Shown here: piece after piece, positions 59,252 to 64,000 of the stretch
Layout: the number at the start of each line of letters is the position of its first letter
How positions within the stretch are numbered: the stretch's first letter is position 1
Assembly: GCA_963664395.2 (NCBI GenBank)
Contig: OY761159.2
Span: forward strand, 1,152,001-1,216,000
Direction: 5' to 3'
Source of the DNA: Candidatus Binatia bacterium
Lineage (GTDB): Bacteria > Desulfobacterota > Binatia > Bin18
DNA length: 64,000 bases
The notes under the pieces: model-generated
The model's input: only the letters and a program-made list of their open reading frames with translations
What the model was told of the DNA's origin: nothing
Database searches by the model: none
Made by a program: the position numbers and the translations under genes

Positions 59252-60145
59252 ATGACTGGATACAGACAACCGCTGTGGCTCCTGGCTGTTCTCCTCATCT
59301 GCTTTTTTCTCTCCAGCCAGGTTTGTAGCGCTCAGCCTGCGGCTGAGTCCGAACCACACGGCAGCCTGCTCATACGGACTCCGGGAGAGCAAGACCACCA
59401 AGACCGGTCGGGGGAGGTCTCGGCCACAGTTTATAGCCTCGAACCCGAGACGCTCGTTGCTCGGGCGACCTTGGGCACACCCGTCTCTCTGCCACCTGGG
59501 TCCTACCGGGTTGAACTCGATGTTCTCGGCGGAACGGTTTCACGCGAGCGTGTCCTGGTACGAGCCGGCCGGACAAGTACGGTCATTCTCAGCGAAGTCG
59601 CGGTCCTCCAGGTCAACGTGCTGGACAAAAAGGGGCAGGATATCGGCTTGGGCGTTGAGGTCTACGACGGTGTTTCAAACGAGCTGCTCGGAGAATTCCT
59701 GAGCGGAGAACGCATCCTGGCTCAACCCGGTCTGGTTGATGTCAAGGTCGCCGTCCCACCCCAGAGCCAGTGGTGGCGCGCTGTTGAGCTTCTGCGCGGC
59801 GGACTACGGGAACTGACGCTGCGCGAGCGCGTTCGGGGCGAACTCCGGGTTCATCCCAGGCTGGCCGGAAAAGATGTGAGTCCGCTGACCCACGTCATTA
59901 TTTACGCAGCCGGGACGCAAAAAGAGATTGCCCGTAGCGAGCCTGGTCAGAAACATCGCTTTTCCCTGGAGACCGGCAGCTACGATGTGTTTGTGGCCAA
60001 CCCGACCGGACGCGGGAAGCCGTTCGTGCTGGAACGCGCGGAGGTCCCGGATGAAACCCCGGTCGAAAAAGACGTTCATCTGGACCAACTGAATGGACCG
60101 TCCGACCAGCCCCCGCCACCCTCTTCGGAAACGCACGCCCTCTAA
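59252..60145 (+). CDS. Secreted hypothetical protein with repeated beta-sandwich segments
   Basis: Signal peptide; LPPGSYRVEL, PGLVDVKV and LETGSYDVFV repeats. Confidence 0.65.
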   Translation: MTGYRQPLWLLAVLLICFFLSSQVCSAQPAAESEPHGSLLIRTPGEQDHQDRSGEVSATVYSLEPETLVARATLGTPVSLPPGSYRVELDVLGGTVSRERVLVRAGRTSTVILSEVAVLQVNVLDKKGQDIGLGVEVYDGVSNELLGEFLSGERILAQPGLVDVKVAVPPQSQWWRAVELLRGGLRELTLRERVRGELRVHPRLAGKDVSPLTHVIIYAAGTQKEIARSEPGQKHRFSLETGSYDVFVANPTGRGKPFVLERAEVPDETPVEKDVHLDQLNGPSDQPPPPSSETHAL

Positions 60146-60219
60146 GGCAGGCGGGCCGGGGTGTTCCCCCTACCCTCAGTTTTTGAATCTCGCCTGCAAG
60201 CGGGACATACCACCTTCCC

Positions 60220-60441
60220 TTACCAAGCGAAGAGTGGAATGGCCGCGGCGAGCAGCAGCACGCTGATACCAATCGCAATAGCACCCCAGAACGTCGGAGG
60301 GCGCCGGACTTCCAAAACGGTCCCGCAGTGTACACACTCGGACAGGAAGGAGCCACCGGTCACATAGACCCGGTTCCATTTATGACACGCGGGACAACGA
60401 GGGGTGGGACGCCCGCGAAAAAGTGTAGCAAACTGAGACAC
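60220..60441 (-). CDS. Small zinc-ribbon membrane protein
   Basis: GTG start after an AGGAAAGG RBS; CPAC...CVHC followed by a C-terminal TM helix. Confidence 0.55.
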   Translation of the reverse strand: MSQFATLFRGRPTPRCPACHKWNRVYVTGGSFLSECVHCGTVLEVRRPPTFWGAIAIGISVLLLAAAIPLFAW

Positions 60442-60507
60442 GGTTTTCCTTTCCTTTTCTCTCACCCTAACGGTGAGACAGAGTTCGCGTCAACCCGGCT
60501 GTCTTTC

Positions 60508-61317
60508 CTAGTGGCGATTCTCGCTATGGTGTCGGGCAGTTAATCGAGGCGTCACCAAATCCAAAAGCTGCGCGTGGAGCTTGCCGTTGCTGGCAACCAC
60601 GCCTTGTAAGAGTGTCGTTGGCTGATTGAAGCGGACCGGCTTCCCGCTGAGGGTGGTGACTCTTCCTCCTGCTTCCTCCACGAGGAGCGTACCAGCGCAA
60701 ATATCCCACTCATTCTTGGGCACCAGCGTAAACGACGCGTCTGCCTCACCGTTCGCAATACAGGCCAGCTTGTAGGCAATACTGCCCATGGGGCGTGCCT
60801 GGAAAAGAGAGGCGAAGTCTTTCCACTCCCCCCGTTTGGTCTCCGAGCGACTTGAGAGAATGGTTGCATCAGCCAGGTACTGCGTTTCGGGAACATGTAA
60901 TTGGCGGGCCTCACACCACGTGCCTTGTCCACGCGCAGCCCAGAAGAGCTGGTCCAGAGTTGGATTATAGACGACGCCGAGAATCGGCCAGCCCTCTTCA
61001 ATGAGTCCGATGGAGACGGCGAATTCCGGTATTTTTTGAATGAATTCCTGGGTCCCATCCATAGGATCAACAACCCACACGCGGTGAGCGGTGAGCCGCC
61101 GGGACGAATCGACCGTCTCTTCAGACAGCCAGCCATAGTCAGGAAAAGCCGCGTGGAGCATGGCGTGGATCTTTCGGTTGGCCTCCCGGTCCGCAACCGT
61201 TACCGGGCTGCTATCACCACTTTTGTACTCAACCGTGTAGTTGGTCTCATAGATATTGCGGATAATGTCTCCTGCGGCATGTGCCGCCGCAATGGCGATG
61301 TCTTTCTCTTTTTTCAT
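60508..61317 (-). CDS. cysQ: 3'(2'),5'-bisphosphate nucleotidase / inositol monophosphatase family
   Basis: PVT.AD, LSEE, WVVDPMDGTQEF, EWDICAG. Confidence 0.85.
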   Translation of the reverse strand: MKKEKDIAIAAAHAAGDIIRNIYETNYTVEYKSGDSSPVTVADREANRKIHAMLHAAFPDYGWLSEETVDSSRRLTAHRVWVVDPMDGTQEFIQKIPEFAVSIGLIEEGWPILGVVYNPTLDQLFWAARGQGTWCEARQLHVPETQYLADATILSSRSETKRGEWKDFASLFQARPMGSIAYKLACIANGEADASFTLVPKNEWDICAGTLLVEEAGGRVTTLSGKPVRFNQPTTLLQGVVASNGKLHAQLLDLVTPRLTARHHSENRH

Positions 61318-61322
61318 ATGTG

Positions 61323-62300
61323 TCACTGCCCCAGCACTTGAGCAAAGATCAGCGGAGCCACAATTGAGGCGTCAGATTCAATGAGGTAACGCGGCGTATC
61401 TACTCCGAGCTTGCCCCAGGTGATCTTTTCATTGGGTACCGCGCCGGAATAGGAACCATAACTTGTCGTTGAATCACTAATCTGACAAAAATAGCCCCAC
61501 AGCGGGGTGTGGCTGCGTTTCATGTCCTGGATCAGCATGGGGACCGCACAGATGGCAAAGTCCCCGGCAATCCCCCCACCAATCTGAAAAAATCCGATGG
61601 AGTGATCGTCCGAGACCGCGCTATACCAGTCGGCGAGATACGTCATGTATTCAATCCCGTGCCGCACGGTGTGAACGTTTTTAATCAAGCCGATCATACA
61701 ATAGCTGGCATACACATTCCCGCAGGTTGAATCCTCCCAGCCTGGTGAAACAATGGGCAGATCCTTTTCCATTGCGGCATAGACCCAGGAGTCTCTGGGA
61801 TCGATCTGGTAATAGGGTTGCAGCATGCCGGTACGGAGGATTTCGTAGAATGTTTCATGCGGGAAAGCCCGTTGGCCGGAGTGGTCGGCCCGCATCCACA
61901 GTTCCTGGAGGGCACCTTCGACCCGGCGCATGGCCTCAAACTCGGGAATGCACGTATCGGTGACGCGGTTCATATGCCGGTCAAGCAGGACCGCCTCATC
62001 CTGGGGGGTCAGATCCCGGTAGTGCGGCACCCGCTCGTAGTGCTCATGCGCGACCAGGTTAAAGATGTCTTCTTCCAGATTCGCGCCCGTACAGGAGATG
62101 GCATGAATGCAGTCATTGCGGATCATTTCAGCCAGGGAGATGCCGAGTTCAGCCGTACTCATGGCACCTGCCATAGCCAGCAGCATCTTGCCACCTCGGT
62201 CGAGATGCTGCCGATAAGCGGTGGCCGCCTCGATAACGGTGGCCGCATTAAAATGCCGAAAGTGGTGTTGCAAAAAGTCAGTGACAGGCTGACGACTCAT
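61323..62300 (-). CDS. Deoxyhypusine synthase-like protein (polyamine synthesis)
   Basis: GAMSTAELG, TGANLEED, NRVTD, GGGIAGD, SGA.PNEKITWGK, SDASI. Confidence 0.9.
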   Translation of the reverse strand: MSRQPVTDFLQHHFRHFNAATVIEAATAYRQHLDRGGKMLLAMAGAMSTAELGISLAEMIRNDCIHAISCTGANLEEDIFNLVAHEHYERVPHYRDLTPQDEAVLLDRHMNRVTDTCIPEFEAMRRVEGALQELWMRADHSGQRAFPHETFYEILRTGMLQPYYQIDPRDSWVYAAMEKDLPIVSPGWEDSTCGNVYASYCMIGLIKNVHTVRHGIEYMTYLADWYSAVSDDHSIGFFQIGGGIAGDFAICAVPMLIQDMKRSHTPLWGYFCQISDSTTSYGSYSGAVPNEKITWGKLGVDTPRYLIESDASIVAPLIFAQVLGQ

Positions 62301-63277
62301 CCCTTCCTCCTTCTGCCCTCTCTGCCCTGTATGAGGGCACGCAACGCTTCGCCGGTCATTGCTCCACGGAGCACCCGGCCTCTTGGGTCGGGCGCACACG
62401 CCTGGGTGAGCAACTGTTGGAAATCAACGTGCTGCTCGGCCCAGTCTCGTACCGCGGCGAGTCGCTCCAATAACGCCAGGCGCACGGCGTACGCGTCGAT
62501 CTCATACCTCTGCCCGTGCTCCGTATGCCTGAACTGCCGGGGTGCCGCATACGGTCTGGCCTCGGCCAGAAACATCGCAACCTCAGACGGGACCTGAGCC
62601 TGTAGTGCCGCACTCGATGTCTTCCGTATTGCAGTTGAGGAGAGAGCGGCAACGGACTCAGGCAGGGGCAAGAAATGAATCACATCCCGGTAGGGTTGAT
62701 TGGCGGGGCGGTGCAGCAGATCGTCAAATGCGCGCTGTGCCATGTCGCCGCGGTTGGCTACGACCAGGGAGGTGAGCGCAAAAAGCTGATCCAAAGCAGC
62801 CTCTCTATCCCGATAATAGCGAGCGTCCAGAATCTGCACCAGCTTGTCCATGCCCACAATAAAAAACAGTCCGACCTGCTTGTCAAAGAGGGACTGAAAT
62901 GCCTGTGCTTGCTCAAAATACAGCCCCCGGTTGACCAAGGCCACGCCCAGGTGTTGATGCTGTTGTACGTGCAGGAGCAGCAATAACAGGCGATCCTCCA
63001 GACCCATCCCCGTCACGTGTTCCTTATCCACTGTGACCTTTGCAACCGTGTACAGCAATTGGTCCAGTCGAAATGCCAGGCAGGCGTGCTGAGCGAGCTC
63101 AGCGTGCGCCAGGGTCAGGGGGTTGAATGAGCCACACAACACCCCCAACCGTTGCGGAGGAGGGTTCAGCGGCTCAGACAGCAGACACGCCGTAGGAGGC
63201 GCAACAATATCGAGAGACTGGAGACTATCCCGCAGTGCAAACAATCGTGACAGGTCGTAAAATTCGGGCTGCATCAC
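62297..63277 (-). CDS. Nicotinate/nicotinamide-nucleotide adenylyltransferase-like
   Basis: GSFNPLTLAH, VGMDKL.QILD.RYY, SSTAIR. Confidence 0.8.
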   Translation of the reverse strand: MMQPEFYDLSRLFALRDSLQSLDIVAPPTACLLSEPLNPPPQRLGVLCGSFNPLTLAHAELAQHACLAFRLDQLLYTVAKVTVDKEHVTGMGLEDRLLLLLLHVQQHQHLGVALVNRGLYFEQAQAFQSLFDKQVGLFFIVGMDKLVQILDARYYRDREAALDQLFALTSLVVANRGDMAQRAFDDLLHRPANQPYRDVIHFLPLPESVAALSSTAIRKTSSAALQAQVPSEVAMFLAEARPYAAPRQFRHTEHGQRYEIDAYAVRLALLERLAAVRDWAEQHVDFQQLLTQACAPDPRGRVLRGAMTGEALRALIQGREGRRRKG

Positions 63278-63469
63278 CTACCGTCACCCACTATCACCTA
63301 CTTGGCAGCATACACGACTTCTGCAAAACGCACAGGCGAGGCGTGAGGAATCGAGACGGGCTCCATCAGCCTTCTCGGCCCTTTGGGTATTCCAGGCCTT
63401 TTGGACATTCCGGGCATTCCGGGCATTCCTGGATTGACCGTCAATTTCAGTGCGTGCTACCCTTTCCTG

Positions 63470-64000
63470 ATGCATGTCTCTTCTTCCGCAGCTCGGGCTT
63501 TCCTACTGTGCTGTACCATCTCTTTTGCCTCGTGTAGCGCTGCCCGCCCCATCCCATCCCCTGCCCCACCGCGTGTCGCCCCACCGGTCGCCCCGGTCCA
63601 GGCAGTGCAATTTCCGGGCTCGCCTATCGTCCTCGCCCCTGAAGACAAAGCGCGCGGGCATTTCCTCAAAGGCCAGGTCGCTCTGAATTCCGGCGACTAT
63701 GACACCGCATTCAGCGAGCTTGAAAAAGCCGTTGCCAATGATCCTCACACTCCATTTCTCCGCCTGCGTCTTGCCACCTTAGCCGTGCGTCAAGGCAAGC
63801 TCACCGACGCCCTGGAGCATTGTCAAAAGGTCGTTGCCAGCGAGCCGGACAATATTGACGCACAGCTCCTCCTCGCCGGCCTGTTAGCCTCAACCGGCAA
63901 AGAAAACGAAGCAGTTCAGGTCTATGAAAAACTCCTGACCTACGGCTTAGATGATCAGGAACCCTACCTCTACCTGGGCACTCTGTATGCCAAGCAAGGG
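63470..64000 (+). CDS. TPR-repeat lipoprotein (3'-partial)
   Basis: Frame is open to the window end: MHVSSSAARAFLLCCTISFASCS...HFLKGQVALNSGDYDTAFSELEKAVANDP...LYLGTLYAKQG. Confidence 0.8.
   Translation, partial: MHVSSSAARAFLLCCTISFASCSAARPIPSPAPPRVAPPVAPVQAVQFPGSPIVLAPEDKARGHFLKGQVALNSGDYDTAFSELEKAVANDPHTPFLRLRLATLAVRQGKLTDALEHCQKVVASEPDNIDAQLLLAGLLASTGKENEAVQVYEKLLTYGLDDQEPYLYLGTLYAKQG

Noticed and set aside
63377-63433. Short 9/18-bp tandem repeats (GGGCATTCC-like)
   Set aside because: Too short, with no unique spacers; a simple repeat in a divergent promoter region, not CRISPR.
1-64000. tRNA, rRNA, CRISPR array, integrase, reverse transcriptase or prophage genes
   Set aside because: None recognised by eye or in the ORF track; small ncRNAs could be missed without covariance-model searches.

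Overview
GC-rich bacterial chromosome segment. Gene content (hopanoid hpnH, tal-pgi fusion, type IV pilus minor pilins, many CoA-transferase/LLM/amidohydrolase genes, a giant S8-GLUG-cadherin surface protein) suggests a Binatia/deltaproteobacteria-like organism, possibly a marine invertebrate symbiont; this is inference only. Layout: (1) 1-4.7 kb accessory nuclease island (YcjF-like gene, RecB-like+RNase H-like nuclease, PD-(D/E)XK nuclease) ending in a hydrolase remnant; (2) 4.9-10.2 kb cyclic amide/amide catabolic cluster; (3) pentose-phosphate genes with a 167-bp tandem duplication in tal-pgi; (4) 16.9-20.2 kb lower-GC toxin-antitoxin/defence hotspot including a DUF6884-like + GIY-YIG-like pair apparently inserted after a truncated PemK/MazF start; (5) core genes hpnH, fur, tatD, metG, holB, tmk, pilD and minor pilins; (6) catabolic genes, etfBA fusion, ftsH; (7) a 223-bp MITE with 8-bp target duplication upstream of a 1792-aa surface protease; (8) an AAA_21 ATPase + DUF4276 pair; (9) a rhodanese/sulfurtransferase with in-frame UGA at the catalytic Cys followed by a SECIS-like hairpin (probable selenoprotein); (10) cysQ, deoxyhypusine-synthase-like, NadD-like and TPR genes. 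No rRNA, tRNA or CRISPR array was seen. Family names come from motif recognition, not database searches.
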